A stretch of 64,000 nucleotides of DNA. It comes from an uncultured Gemmatimonadales bacterium. Its GTDB lineage: Bacteria; Gemmatimonadota; Gemmatimonadetes; Gemmatimonadales; GWC2-71-9. The position numbers and the translations under genes are program-made. Location of the stretch: assembly GCA_963795085.1 (NCBI GenBank), contig CAWCFX010000001.1, positions 672,001 through 736,000 of the forward strand, given 5' to 3'. This document shows positions 1-9,885 of the stretch, piece by piece; positions within the stretch are counted from its first letter, which is position 1, and every line of letters begins with the position of its first letter. Below the pieces are notes generated by a model. That model was not told where the DNA came from, did no database searches, and worked only from the letters and a program-made list of their open reading frames with translations.

Positions 1-1
1 C

Positions 2-1003
2 GTCACGGCCGTGGTGGCTGCCCGGCACGGCGTGGTGCAGGACCAGCCGGGGCGGCTGGAGCGCACCGTCCTCTACACCTCGACCCAGGCCCACTCGTCG
101 GTGACCCGGGCGGCGTGGATCGCGGGGATTCCCCGCGGTAACGTCCGGGCTGTTCCGGTGGACAGCGAATTCAGGATGGATGCCGGCGGGCTGCGCCGCG
201 CGATCGCCGCCGACCGCGCCGCCGGATTGCTGCCCTGCTGCGTGGTGGCGAGCGCCGGGACGACCAACACCGGGTCCGTGGATCCATTACCGGAGATTGC
301 CGGCATTTGCGAGGAGGCCGGCACCTGGTTCCATGTTGACGCCGCGTATGGCGGGTTTGCCGCGCTGACCGACCGGGGGCGGGCTCTCCTCGATGGTATC
401 GAGCGCGCCGATTCGGTGACCCTGGACCCCCACAAGTGGCTGTTCGTCCCCTTCGAGTGCGGCTGCCTGCTCGCCCGCGAGCCGGCCCGCCTCAGCGATG
501 CGTTCCGGATTCTGCCGGAATACCTGCGGGACGTGGAGACCGACGGCGTGGAAGTGAATTTCGCCGACTACGGCGAACAGCTGACCCGCTACAGCCGCGC
601 GTTCAAGGTTTGGCTGCCCATCCAATATTATGGCCTGGGTGCGCTCCGTTCCGCGATCGATACCGGCATCAACCTCGCGGTCCACGCCGAGCGGCGGCTG
701 CGCGAGGACCCCGCGTTCGAGATCCTTTCCCCCGCGAAGCTGGGGATCGTCTGTTTCCGGGCGCATCCTCCGGGCATGGACGACAATGTCGCGCTGGATC
801 GGCTCAATGAGCGCCTCAACCAGGATGTCAACGCGGGGGGCCGCCACTTCATTTCTTCGACCCGGATAAACGGCTGCTTCTCTCTCCGGATTTGCATCCT
901 GGGTTTTCGCACCCTGGAACAGGATGTGGACGATCTGGTTGCTGCTCTGCGTGACGCGGCTGCCCGCCTTCAGGCCGAAAGCGGCCGGCCGGACCTGCCC
1001 TGA
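2..1003 (+). CDS. PLP-dependent group II decarboxylase (aromatic-L-amino-acid/glutamate decarboxylase family), 5'-truncated by window edge
   Basis: Motifs AHSS, AGTTNTGSVD, WFHVDAAYGG and the PLP-lysine motif DPHKW; frame open from window start. Confidence 0.9.
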   Translation, partial: VTAVVAARHGVVQDQPGRLERTVLYTSTQAHSSVTRAAWIAGIPRGNVRAVPVDSEFRMDAGGLRRAIAADRAAGLLPCCVVASAGTTNTGSVDPLPEIAGICEEAGTWFHVDAAYGGFAALTDRGRALLDGIERADSVTLDPHKWLFVPFECGCLLAREPARLSDAFRILPEYLRDVETDGVEVNFADYGEQLTRYSRAFKVWLPIQYYGLGALRSAIDTGINLAVHAERRLREDPAFEILSPAKLGIVCFRAHPPGMDDNVALDRLNERLNQDVNAGGRHFISSTRINGCFSLRICILGFRTLEQDVDDLVAALRDAAARLQAESGRPDLP

Positions 1004-1020
1004 TCGCCCTCCCGGATTTC

Positions 1021-2568
1021 CTAGGGTTGCAGCTCCTGGGCAAGGAAGGCCAGGGTCGTGCAGCTCCCCGGCATCGCCTGCGCGGTGGTCCCCAGGATCT
1101 GGAGGCTGTGGTCCAGGCCCTGGAGCGGGAGGTAAGTCGCCGGCACCCCGGCCAGGTTGAGCGCGGACTTGAGCCAGGAAGAATGGCTCGGCGGCACCAC
1201 CGGGTCGGCGGTGCCGTGGATCAGCAGCGCCAGGGGGTCGCCCGCGCTTGTATGCTGAATCGGGGAAGCCTTGGCTGCCACCGACGGCACATTGGCGGGG
1301 TTCCCACCCAGGAAGTCGATCACCATCGGCAGGCTGGCGGACGGAAAATTACCGGTCTGGCGCAGGTCGGAGGCGCCGGCATAGGCGACGACCGCCTTGA
1401 TCGTGATCATCGCGCCTGAGGTGCCGCAGGGCCCGTCGAGGGACGTGACGTTGGCAGCCAGGCCCATCAACTCGGCGAGATGCCCGCCGGCCGATACCCC
1501 GAGCGCGGCGCCCCGGTTAGGGTCAAGGCTGTAGCTGGAGGCGTTGGACCGGATCCACCGAAGCGCGCACCTGAGGTCCTGGATTGCCGCTGGGAACCGA
1601 TTGGTGTTCCCGGACACGAGGCGGTAATTCACCGAGAGCGCGGTATAGCCCGCCGCCGCAAGCTGCAGAATCTCATTCCGTAGGCTGGATTTGTCTCCCT
1701 TGAACCACCCACCGCCATGCACGAGGATCACCACCGGGTGAACACCGGGGGTCTTGGGCCACGCCACGTCCAGTTTCTGGGGAACACCGCCGGTGGTGGT
1801 GTAGGTGACATCGGTCGCCAGGTTGACACTCCCGGCTGCCGGCACCGCCGGGATCGGGCAGTTGGTGACGACACTGACGGCCTCGGCTGGATTCCGCACC
1901 GTGACCGTGGCCGTCTGGCTCAACGCCACGCCGTTTGCGGTGACGCTCAGGGTCCGGGTACCGGCCACGGTGGCGGAGAACCGTGCGGTTGTTATTCCGG
2001 ACCCATCGGTCGGCGCCGGGGCGGTGATCTGGTTGCCCGTGCCAGTGGCGCTGACGGTGACCGCCGCGTTGACAACAGGCTGGCCCCCGGCATCGCGCAC
2101 GATAACCGTGACAATCGCGACCCCCGAATCCTGGGCGATGGACGACGGGTTGACGGTGATCGTAGATGCGGTCGCGCTGGGCGGGTTGGCGGCTCCACCC
2201 TGGAGCGTAATGGCGGCGGTGTCGGCCTTGCCGCCCGCGGTGGCGGTGATGAGGGCTTGCCCGCTGGTAGCCAGGCTGGTCACCCGGCCGCTACTGTTGA
2301 CGGAAGCCCGCGCCGGGTGCAGCGACTGCCAGGCGACCCCCACGTTTGCGGGTGGGATGGTCTTTCCTGCCTGGTCCTTTACGCTAACGGTCAGGGTCAC
2401 CGAACTGCCCTGTCCGACAATCGTGTCAGCGGCCGGAGTGACCCGGACCGCGCTGACGGTAACGGCCTGGGCAATGACAGAGTGTGGCTCGGATGGTCCG
2501 CTACGGTCAGCGTTTTCACAGCCCAGCGCGGCTAGCGCAAGGCATACTGTGGCAATCTTTGAACCCAT
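1021..2568 (-). CDS. Lipoprotein with Ig-like domains and C-terminal alpha/beta hydrolase (HSL-like esterase)
   Basis: Lipobox ALGC; Big_2/Big_1-like T/V/S-rich segments; HGGGW oxyanion motif, GVSAGG nucleophile, HGTAD. Confidence 0.85.
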   Translation of the reverse strand: MGSKIATVCLALAALGCENADRSGPSEPHSVIAQAVTVSAVRVTPAADTIVGQGSSVTLTVSVKDQAGKTIPPANVGVAWQSLHPARASVNSSGRVTSLATSGQALITATAGGKADTAAITLQGGAANPPSATASTITVNPSSIAQDSGVAIVTVIVRDAGGQPVVNAAVTVSATGTGNQITAPAPTDGSGITTARFSATVAGTRTLSVTANGVALSQTATVTVRNPAEAVSVVTNCPIPAVPAAGSVNLATDVTYTTTGGVPQKLDVAWPKTPGVHPVVILVHGGGWFKGDKSSLRNEILQLAAAGYTALSVNYRLVSGNTNRFPAAIQDLRCALRWIRSNASSYSLDPNRGAALGVSAGGHLAELMGLAANVTSLDGPCGTSGAMITIKAVVAYAGASDLRQTGNFPSASLPMVIDFLGGNPANVPSVAAKASPIQHTSAGDPLALLIHGTADPVVPPSHSSWLKSALNLAGVPATYLPLQGLDHSLQILGTTAQAMPGSCTTLAFLAQELQP

Positions 2569-2802
2569 GTGCTGAAACCTCTATGCTAATGGCTCCCGCC
2601 TCGTGGAGTGCATCGCCCTCCGCGATACGGAATTCCCGGATTTGCAGGCAGGCACAGGCGCGCTTTCCCCGCCCGGCGATAGTGAATTTCCTGCACCAAG
2701 TTGTTCGCATCCAAGTTGATACATGCCGTACGCAGGGGCTGTGGCGGATGACCCGACTGGCCTGGGATCAGGGAACTCCCCATGGGATTGCCTGGCAGGG
2801 TG

Positions 2803-2842
2803 AAAAAGACCGCGCCCGCCGAATGCCGGCGGGCGCGGTTTT
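2803..2842 (-). terminator. Rho-independent terminator for the 2863..3711 gene (possibly bidirectional)
   Basis: GACCGCGCCCGCCG-AATGC-CGGCGGGCGCGGTT stem, A-run on the left and T-run on the right. Confidence 0.8.
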
Positions 2843-2862
2843 GCTACGGTCTGGTCAGCGGA

Positions 2863-3711
2863 TCAGGGGCAGTGCGAAAAGCCCTCGTTGCCGTTGTTGT
2901 AGCTGTCCAGGAGGCTGGAGAGGGCGGTGAGTTGGCCCTTGCTGAGCGTTGAGCCGCCCGGGTTGAGGAAGTAAGCCGTGGCGTCGTCAAGCGCGCTCTG
3001 GATGTGCGCCGGCACCCCCGCCCCGTTGGCCTTGTTCAGCGTGGCGGCAATGAACTGGTGGCCCAGGATGTAATAAACGTTGCCGCCCTTCGGCGCCGTT
3101 TTCAGGACGTTGAGCCAGCTCTGGCCGCTGCCGTAGAAGGTCGCGTTGGGAGAATGGCTCTGGGGCCAGGCGCTGGAGTGGTTCTTCCAGTAGCCCTGGG
3201 TATACGTGCAGCCACCGGGGGGCGGCGGCGGCGGAGGGACAACCGAGTTATAGAACTCCACCAGGACGCCCCGGTCGCCATTGAAGGCCGAGGTGTAGGT
3301 GGTCGTGCCGGTGATCGGCGAACCCCGTACCCCGGTGGGATTCCGGATGGTGTTGATCGTGGCCACGATGGAATCCAGAACAATCCCGGGATCAGCGGTT
3401 TCCGTCGTGGTTACCGAGATGGTCCCGGCCCCCAGGATCTCGGTACTGGCCAACACCGCGCACTCACCTGCCGCGAGGGTGACGGAGGTGACCGGGCCGC
3501 TATTGATGCTGTATTCGAACGTGGCCGCGGTGCCGTGTTTGCAGACCTCGAACTCGCCGGTGTCCACGACACCAGGCGTCCCGCCGCCCACGGCAAACTG
3601 GGGGGTCATACCGCCGCCGGGCGCGGTGGGGTTGGAAACCTCGCTACAGCCGGCGAGGGCTGCGCCTAGAAACAGGATGCATCCTGTTCCCCGAACTGCG
3701 GATCGGAGCAT
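2863..3711 (-). CDS. Hypothetical lipoprotein with poly-Pro linker and C-terminal CTYTQGYWKNH domain
   Basis: ATG 3711 with GAGG upstream; lipobox LAGC. Confidence 0.75.
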   Translation of the reverse strand: MLRSAVRGTGCILFLGAALAGCSEVSNPTAPGGGMTPQFAVGGGTPGVVDTGEFEVCKHGTAATFEYSINSGPVTSVTLAAGECAVLASTEILGAGTISVTTTETADPGIVLDSIVATINTIRNPTGVRGSPITGTTTYTSAFNGDRGVLVEFYNSVVPPPPPPPGGCTYTQGYWKNHSSAWPQSHSPNATFYGSGQSWLNVLKTAPKGGNVYYILGHQFIAATLNKANGAGVPAHIQSALDDATAYFLNPGGSTLSKGQLTALSSLLDSYNNGNEGFSHCP

Positions 3712-3770
3712 ACTTGGCCTCACGGTATCTGGGGTGTTGAAACATCTGGGGTGGACGCCGGGCCATGATC

Positions 3771-3785
3771 GCAAGAGGAATACCG
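3771..3785 (-). promoter_or_regulatory. Candidate sigma54 -24/-12 promoter
   Basis: Minus strand CGGTATTCCTCTTGC = GG-N10-GC with TTGC; IHF-like CAA-N4-TTA (TAACAACAGCTTA) at 3813-3825. Confidence 0.5.
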
Positions 3786-4158
3786 CAGTCGATGGCCGTT
3801 GCCATTTCTAGCTAAGCTGTTGTTATTCAACGATATCCATCTACCAAAACGAGAAACGTGGCCCCGGCTGTTGTGGCGGACCTCTGACAGGTCGGGGCGC
3901 CCGCGCTCCTGCAGTGCGCCCCAGTCGCCTCGCGGTTCTCGCGGTTGTGGATCGAAACGACGGACGCCGGAACCGGTCCTGGCTCCCGGGGGAAAGGCCT
4001 GGTCCGCAACGATGTTGGCGGGTTTTCAGGGGGACCCGTCCCGGCCTCGGTTGTATCGGCTCTCCATGATCGTTACATTGGTGCCGCCATCCCCCTGTCA
4101 TGACCAGGAGTTCCACTCTGTCACACTCCACCCACGTTCGCTCCCGGTGGTGGGTCCG

Positions 4159-6177
4159 GTGAAAGAATCGGAGACGGCTCCGGCGCCGACGCTGCCGGCC
4201 GAACTGGTCCAGATTCTCGTCGAGCTTAGTAACTCCCTCAACAAGCACACCATGTATCCTGCCGGCCATCCCATGCTCGTGGGAGCGGCTGACAATTTCC
4301 TCGGGCTCCTGAACAAGCTGTTTGAAACCCGCGCGGCTCTCGCTCTGGGCGTGTCGCCCAGCCAGCTGATCGCCGGCGGCATTGCCACCGACCCCAGTCA
4401 TATCATCCTGCGTGAACTGGCCGCCCGTCTGCACCGCCGGAATATCGGCGCGATCAAGTTCTACCGGGGGGTTCACCGCGACGAGCTGGTGGAAGCGCTG
4501 CTGTTTCTCTCGGCCGAGGACCGGCTGCAGGAAGGGGAATCGGCGCGGCGCTGGGCCCATATCCGCCTCCACCCGCTCTCCTACAGCGCGCTCGAGTTGA
4601 TTGGCGAGGGCGGCCAGGCCGGCGGCAGCTCCTGGGCCGCCAAGCTGTGGCTGGACCTGAGCCGCGCCGCGCTGGAACGCGCGGACATGGTAGAAGGGGC
4701 CACCGATCCCGCCGGCATGGCCCGCGCGATCGACGCCCGGCAGTGGGATGACCAGTACGGCCAGCGCATCGCGGAGACCCTGACCGACCTGATGGAGGCC
4801 TGCCGGGCCCGGGGCGGGGCCGAAGCCATCGCGCTGCAGAGCCAGATTTCCCGGTTGATTTCCTCCATGTCGCCGGAGACGCTGGAGCGGCTGGTCATGC
4901 TGGAGCGCAACGAGGTAGAACGGCAACGGTTCCTGCTGGAGATCGCCCAGTCCATGGCGGTGGACGCGGTCATGGACCTGGTGCAGGCCGCCTCCCGTGC
5001 CACCGGGCGAAGCATCTCCCCGGCGCTGGTGCAGTTGCTCGAAAAACTGGGCGAGCACAGCCGGCAGGGATCGGAGGCCACCCGGGAACGCGCCGAGTTC
5101 GCCTTTCGCAACCAGGTGCGGGAGTTGATCACCGGGTGGGAGGATTATGAATCCCGGGACCCGGCACCCCGCGATCATCAGCGCACCCTGGCCCACCTTC
5201 ACCTGGCCGGGATGAGTCCGCTGCGCGGTCATTCGTCGACCTACGAATGCGAGCCGGAGCGGATCCTGGCCATGAGTCTCGAGCTGGGCACCGCCAACCA
5301 GTCTACCTACGCGGCTGCCGCCTACCTGATTCACCAGGGTAAGACCGCCAGGCTCAAGGATTACTTCGCGCGCTCTCCGTCGCCTGGCCTGGCTGGGGAG
5401 ATCCTGAACGCGGTGGCCACCCCGGAATCCTTTCGGGCTCTGCTGGGCCGGGACCCGCTCGACATGTCGGGTCTCGAGTTGCTGGTGCCGCTCCTGGCGG
5501 AAGGGGCGATGGGTCCGCTGCTCGACGCCCTCGCGGCGGCGGAACCTCCGGAGCGACGGGACCAGTTGATCCGGATCCTGGTGCCGTTCGGCGAAACGGC
5601 CGGGGCGGAAGCACTCACCCGGCTGGAGGGCGCCGAATGGGCGGCCCAGCGCAACCTGCTCACGCTGATCACCCGGATGCCGGCCCCGCCGCGCGGGTTT
5701 TCTCCGGCCCTGTTCATCGATCACGCGGAGCCGAAAGTGCGGTCCGAGGCACTCCGAATTCTGTTCCGGGGGCCGGCCACCCGGACTCGCGCCATCTGCG
5801 AAGCGCTTTCCGCGAAGGACCCGGGGACCGTACGGCTCGGGGTCTTCGCCGCGGCCGAAGATTGTCCCGTGGCGGCGGTCCCCCTGCTGATCCCGCTGGT
5901 CGAACGGAGCGCCTTCGAGCCCGGTATCAAGGCCACGGCCATCCAGGCGCTGGCCCCGGTTCCCCAACCGCTGGTGCTGGAATGCCTGGTGGGTCTCTGC
6001 CTGATCCGGGGCCGCTGGTTCCGGCGCAGCCGGATCGCGGGGAAGTCGCCCCTGGTGCTGGCGGCGCTGACGGGCCTCAACCGTTACTGGGCCGACCACT
6101 CCAGGGCCCAGGAGCCGCTGGCCCTGGCCGCGGGCCATCCCGACCGCGATATCCGCGCGGCGGCGGAACGAAAATGA
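4159..6177 (+). CDS. HEAT/ARM-like alpha-helical protein (start uncertain; ORF open from 3799)
   Basis: Helical protein with MYPAGHP N-terminal motif and HEAT-like C-terminal repeats; stop overlaps next ATG (ATGA). Confidence 0.7.
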   Translation: MKESETAPAPTLPAELVQILVELSNSLNKHTMYPAGHPMLVGAADNFLGLLNKLFETRAALALGVSPSQLIAGGIATDPSHIILRELAARLHRRNIGAIKFYRGVHRDELVEALLFLSAEDRLQEGESARRWAHIRLHPLSYSALELIGEGGQAGGSSWAAKLWLDLSRAALERADMVEGATDPAGMARAIDARQWDDQYGQRIAETLTDLMEACRARGGAEAIALQSQISRLISSMSPETLERLVMLERNEVERQRFLLEIAQSMAVDAVMDLVQAASRATGRSISPALVQLLEKLGEHSRQGSEATRERAEFAFRNQVRELITGWEDYESRDPAPRDHQRTLAHLHLAGMSPLRGHSSTYECEPERILAMSLELGTANQSTYAAAAYLIHQGKTARLKDYFARSPSPGLAGEILNAVATPESFRALLGRDPLDMSGLELLVPLLAEGAMGPLLDALAAAEPPERRDQLIRILVPFGETAGAEALTRLEGAEWAAQRNLLTLITRMPAPPRGFSPALFIDHAEPKVRSEALRILFRGPATRTRAICEALSAKDPGTVRLGVFAAAEDCPVAAVPLLIPLVERSAFEPGIKATAIQALAPVPQPLVLECLVGLCLIRGRWFRRSRIAGKSPLVLAALTGLNRYWADHSRAQEPLALAAGHPDRDIRAAAERK

Positions 6178-7346
6178 GCGTCCGTCTCGCGGTGCTCTTC
6201 CTCAACTCGTTCGTGCAGACCCTGGCGACGATCCGGCTGTACAGTCCCGGGCATCCCCAGCGGTCCCGGGCGGTGGACGCGTCCTTCGCCCAGTTGGCCA
6301 ACCTGCTGGAGTCAGACCCCTATCCCCGATTCTCCTTCCTCGAGCAGAGCGTCATCTATGGCGACAAGCCGGTGCACGATCTGCCCAAGTGGCCCTGGGC
6401 CCAGCGGCTGGCGGCGGTGGGCGTGCAGCGCATGGAGTTCGACAAGAATATCAGCCGGGAGGACTACGAGGGCTTCCTCGACCACGTCCTCAACCTGCTG
6501 ACGACGACCGACGAGGGATTCCGCGCCAAGGGCCGGCGCACCACGGTCAAGTTCGGGCAGGTGGGGTTCCGCGAGGGCGAAGAAGTCGTGAAGGTCGAGA
6601 AGATCGCGGCCATCAAGAAAGCCTACACGCTCGATGAAGAGGTCGGCGTCGTCCAGTACCTGCAGCAGCGGGTGGCCGAGGGGGGCAAGATTCCAGCCGC
6701 CGAGGTGGAGACGGTGGTGCGGTCGCTGGCGGTGGCCATGCGGGAGGAGGACATCCTGATGGCGCCGCTGCTCGAACTCAAGAACATCGAGGAGTACGCC
6801 TCGGTCCACGCCGTCAATGTCGCGCTGCTGACCATGACCTTCGCCGAATCCATGGGCCTGGCCGAGGCCGACGTCCATGAATTCGGGGTGGCCGGGCTGC
6901 TGCACGACACCGGCATGATCCTGGTCCCGGCGGAGCTGAGCGCCAGGAAATCGCTGACCCCGGAGGAACGCGCCATCATGGAGGGGCATCCGGTGGAAGG
7001 CGCCCGGTTGATTCTCAAGCAGCAGGGCTCCGACCTGGCGGCGGCGGTAGCCTACGAGCACCATGTGCGGCCGGACGGCAACGGCTACCCCCGCTTCGTG
7101 TTTCCCCGCGAGTGCCATTTCGCCAGCAAGATCGTCGGGGTCTGCTCGGCGTACGACGCCCTCCGGATGGCGCGGCCCTACCGTCCCGCCTGGAACATGC
7201 ACCGGGTGCTGGAATACGTGTATGAAGGGGCCGGGACCGTGTTCGACAAGGACGTGGCGTGGCACCTGGTGGGGATGATGCAGCGGCTGGAGAGCCGGAT
7301 CGCGGGGCGGGGAGAGGTCAGGAATCCAGGGGAGCCGGGGGCGTAA
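6174..7346 (+). CDS. HD-GYP domain protein (putative cyclic-dinucleotide phosphodiesterase)
   Basis: ATG 6174 coupled to upstream stop; LLHDTG, HHVRPDGNGYP, YDALRMARPYR, FD motifs. Confidence 0.85.
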   Translation: MSVRLAVLFLNSFVQTLATIRLYSPGHPQRSRAVDASFAQLANLLESDPYPRFSFLEQSVIYGDKPVHDLPKWPWAQRLAAVGVQRMEFDKNISREDYEGFLDHVLNLLTTTDEGFRAKGRRTTVKFGQVGFREGEEVVKVEKIAAIKKAYTLDEEVGVVQYLQQRVAEGGKIPAAEVETVVRSLAVAMREEDILMAPLLELKNIEEYASVHAVNVALLTMTFAESMGLAEADVHEFGVAGLLHDTGMILVPAELSARKSLTPEERAIMEGHPVEGARLILKQQGSDLAAAVAYEHHVRPDGNGYPRFVFPRECHFASKIVGVCSAYDALRMARPYRPAWNMHRVLEYVYEGAGTVFDKDVAWHLVGMMQRLESRIAGRGEVRNPGEPGA

Positions 7347-7391
7347 GCACCGGTTCTATTGCCCCGGGACGGGAACCGGGCCGCCGGCCGT

Positions 7392-8819
7392 TCAATGCTC
7401 GCCGTTCGCGAGCCGTTCCCGGATCCGCCGTGCCGCCTCGATCCCGCTGGCGTTGGTGGGGTCCAGCGCCACCGATTTTTCGTAGTTCCGCAGCGCCGGC
7501 TCCAGCTGCCCGTCCGCCAGGTATGCCTCCCCCAGGCTGTCGTAGGGGTTGGGTCGATCAGGATACTCCTCCACGTTCAACTCGAAGATCGCGATAGCGT
7601 CCTTGACCTGCCGAGCCTGCAGGAGGTCATACCCCAGGGTGTTCAGCAGGAACTCGCTGAACCCAGCCGTAGAGCCGGCCCGTTTGAGTTCGTGGTACCG
7701 GACAATCGCGGCCGGCGCCCCCTGCCGCCGGAGTACATCCGCCATTTCAACGCGTACGCGCCGGGCCGGCGAGTCGTACTGCTCGTACCTGAGCCAGGCG
7801 GCTCCCGGCTGATCCTCGCCGGCCAGGCTCAGGATCGCTCGTTGCAGGGCAAGACCGTTGTCGCTGTTGGCGAAGTACACCAGGCCGGACTTCCGCGAAG
7901 GATCGGCCAGCAGGTACCCCTTGTAGCCGCCGTTGTCCCCCCACTGAAAGAATTCCAGGCCCCGGGCCGTGCGCTGGAGCCCGACGCCAAGACCCCAGGA
8001 TACTCCGGAATCCACGGAGACCTGGGGAACCATCATCGCGGCGACCGTCGCCGCTTTGAGGCCCCGGTGATTCAGGAGCGCGGCCAGGAAGCGGCCGTAG
8101 TCGGGGCCGGTGGTGTGCAGGCTGGCCGCCGCGTTCGCAGTGCCGGGGTGCGCCTTGGGCCGGGGCGAGGCGGCGGCATTGTGGGGCACTGCCACATTGT
8201 CGTCGAACCGGGATTCCCACGTGAGGCTGCTGCGGACCATTCCCAGGGGCGCAAACACCTCCCGCCGGGCCAGGTCGGGCAGGGAGAGCCCGGTAAGTTT
8301 TTCCATGACGAGGCCGAGATAGACGAATCCTTCGCCGGAATAGCTGAACCGGGCGCCAGGCTCGAACTGGATGGTGAGGTTACCGCCCCGGGGCCGCCAG
8401 TTGGGGAATCCGGAGGTGTGGCTCAGGATCATGCGCGCCGTGATCCGCTGATATCGTGAATCGTCGGCGATGTCAGGATAGGGAAGGTACCTGGCGAGGG
8501 GCCGGTCGAGGTCGAGCAGTCCCCGATCCATCAGCCGCAGGGCCGCATAGGCCACCACCTGCTTGGTGAGCGAGGCGGCCTCAAAGACCGTGGCGGTGTC
8601 GGCCGCTACCCGGGTTTCCGCGCTCCGGACGCCAAAGGCGCGGGCGTAGACCAGCCGGCCGTTCTCCACGACGGCGAGGGTCAGCCCCGGCACCCCGGCT
8701 GAATCCATGATGGCGGGAAGCCGGCGCTCGAGTTCGGCCGTTCGTTGAGCAAGGGGAACCTGGCCCTGGAGCGGGCTGGCGGCGAGCAGAACGAGGGGGA
8801 GCCAGTGAATGAGGCGCAT
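7392..8819 (-). CDS. Serine hydrolase (class C beta-lactamase-like) with C-terminal TPR
   Basis: Signal peptide; FEAASLTK (SxxK), LSHTSG, FSYSG; NPYDSLGEAY TPR. Confidence 0.88.
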   Translation of the reverse strand: MRLIHWLPLVLLAASPLQGQVPLAQRTAELERRLPAIMDSAGVPGLTLAVVENGRLVYARAFGVRSAETRVAADTATVFEAASLTKQVVAYAALRLMDRGLLDLDRPLARYLPYPDIADDSRYQRITARMILSHTSGFPNWRPRGGNLTIQFEPGARFSYSGEGFVYLGLVMEKLTGLSLPDLARREVFAPLGMVRSSLTWESRFDDNVAVPHNAAASPRPKAHPGTANAAASLHTTGPDYGRFLAALLNHRGLKAATVAAMMVPQVSVDSGVSWGLGVGLQRTARGLEFFQWGDNGGYKGYLLADPSRKSGLVYFANSDNGLALQRAILSLAGEDQPGAAWLRYEQYDSPARRVRVEMADVLRRQGAPAAIVRYHELKRAGSTAGFSEFLLNTLGYDLLQARQVKDAIAIFELNVEEYPDRPNPYDSLGEAYLADGQLEPALRNYEKSVALDPTNASGIEAARRIRERLANGEH

Positions 8820-8952
8820 TTGTTCGTGATGGGGGCTGGGGAAACGAAGACCTCGCGGTCACTGGAGTAGATACGGAATAGCGCTGGAAAGGTTTGCAGG
8901 CGTTCACGCGGAGGGCGGCAGGACAGGACGGCGATTCGGCCGCGCAGAGACG

Positions 8953-8980
8953 AAAACGCCCCCGCCGGTGGCGGGAGCGT
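8953..8980 (-). terminator. Terminator downstream of tRNA-Pro
   Basis: ACGCCCCCGCC-GGT-GGCGGGAGCGT hairpin followed by TTTT on the minus strand. Confidence 0.65.
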
Positions 8981-8982
8981 AA

Positions 8983-9056
8983 TCGGGACGGCGGGATTTG
9001 AACCCGCGACCCCCTGAACCCCATTCAGGTGCGCTACCGGGCTGCGCTACGTCCCG
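8983..9056 (-). tRNA. tRNA-Pro (anticodon GGG), CCA not encoded
   Basis: CGGGACGTAGCGCAGCCCGGTAGCGCACCTGAATGGGGTTCAGGGGGTCGCGGGTTCAAATCCCGCCGTCCCGA folds as a cloverleaf; anticodon stem CCTGA/TCAGG, loop ATGGGGT; GTTCAAA T-loop. Confidence 0.95.
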
Positions 9057-9064
9057 TGGAACAG

Positions 9065-9134
9065 CAGAGTGCAAAGTACAGAGTGCAAAGTACAGAGTGC
9101 AAAGGACAGAGTGCAGAGTGCAGAGTACAAGGTG
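9065..9134. repeat. Tandem heptamer array (CAGAGTG/CAAAGTA), 10 units, partly 14-bp period
   Basis: cagagtg caaagta cagagtg caaagta cagagtg caaagga cagagtg cagagtg cagagta caaggtg. Confidence 0.9.
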
Positions 9135-9243
9135 CGGGCGCCCTGCCTGACTGCGCTACGGCCCGTCACTCCCCTGGATCCCGCACTGGGCGAGGCGTAA
9201 GGTAGCCGATCCCCGCCCATCCCGGTAGGCCGGGCGTCGGGCC

Positions 9244-9714
9244 CTACCTTCCCCGCTGCCTCATGTCCAGGCTGGTCAGGCCGCCCCCGAAGTAGGCAAT
9301 CATGAGAGCGCCACCCAGCATGGCCAGGTTCTTCATGAACATGGCCTGTTGGACCCCCACTGCCGCGGGGTCCGACAGGGTCCAGAACTGGTGCATGGTG
9401 AACGTCACCGGGACCAGGAACAGCACGATCAGCCAGGCCCCGAGCCGGGTGTGGAATCCCAGCAGGATGCAGAGGCCGCCGGCCAGGGCCACCACACCGG
9501 AGACGGGCACCAGGATCTCCGCCAGGGGCACGCCCTGCTGGGCAGCAAATCCGATGGTGGCCCGGGAAAAATGCCGCAGGCCCGACATGATGAAGATCGC
9601 GGCGAAGAGCGCCCGGGCAAGCGGGATGACGATCCGCCAGTGTTCCCCCACCGGGATGTGCGCCGGCAGTCGAGTGACCCGCCGCTCGACGAGCGGTTCG
9701 GTGTATGAGGTCAT
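9244..9714 (-). CDS. DoxX family membrane protein
   Basis: ARALFAAIFIMSG, LLGFHTRLGA, HQFW, FMKNLAMLGG; RBS GAGGAG. Confidence 0.88.
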   Translation of the reverse strand: MTSYTEPLVERRVTRLPAHIPVGEHWRIVIPLARALFAAIFIMSGLRHFSRATIGFAAQQGVPLAEILVPVSGVVALAGGLCILLGFHTRLGAWLIVLFLVPVTFTMHQFWTLSDPAAVGVQQAMFMKNLAMLGGALMIAYFGGGLTSLDMRQRGR

Positions 9715-9885
9715 GATTTCTCCTCGCTAATCCTCGGGTCCACTATGGGTCCTGGTACTCGTTATAGATGTGACCACCGTCAATGACGTTCCTTAACGCA
9801 TTGTCCCGGCACGGGATGGGTAAGATGTACCTGTTCAGCGTATATTCCGCTGCCCGTCCTTTATCCCAGCCCAGAGCCGGCCTCC

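Noticed and set aside
7392..8819. Antibiotic-resistance beta-lactamase
   Set aside because: SxxK serine hydrolases with a TPR are common; motifs alone do not show beta-lactam hydrolysis.
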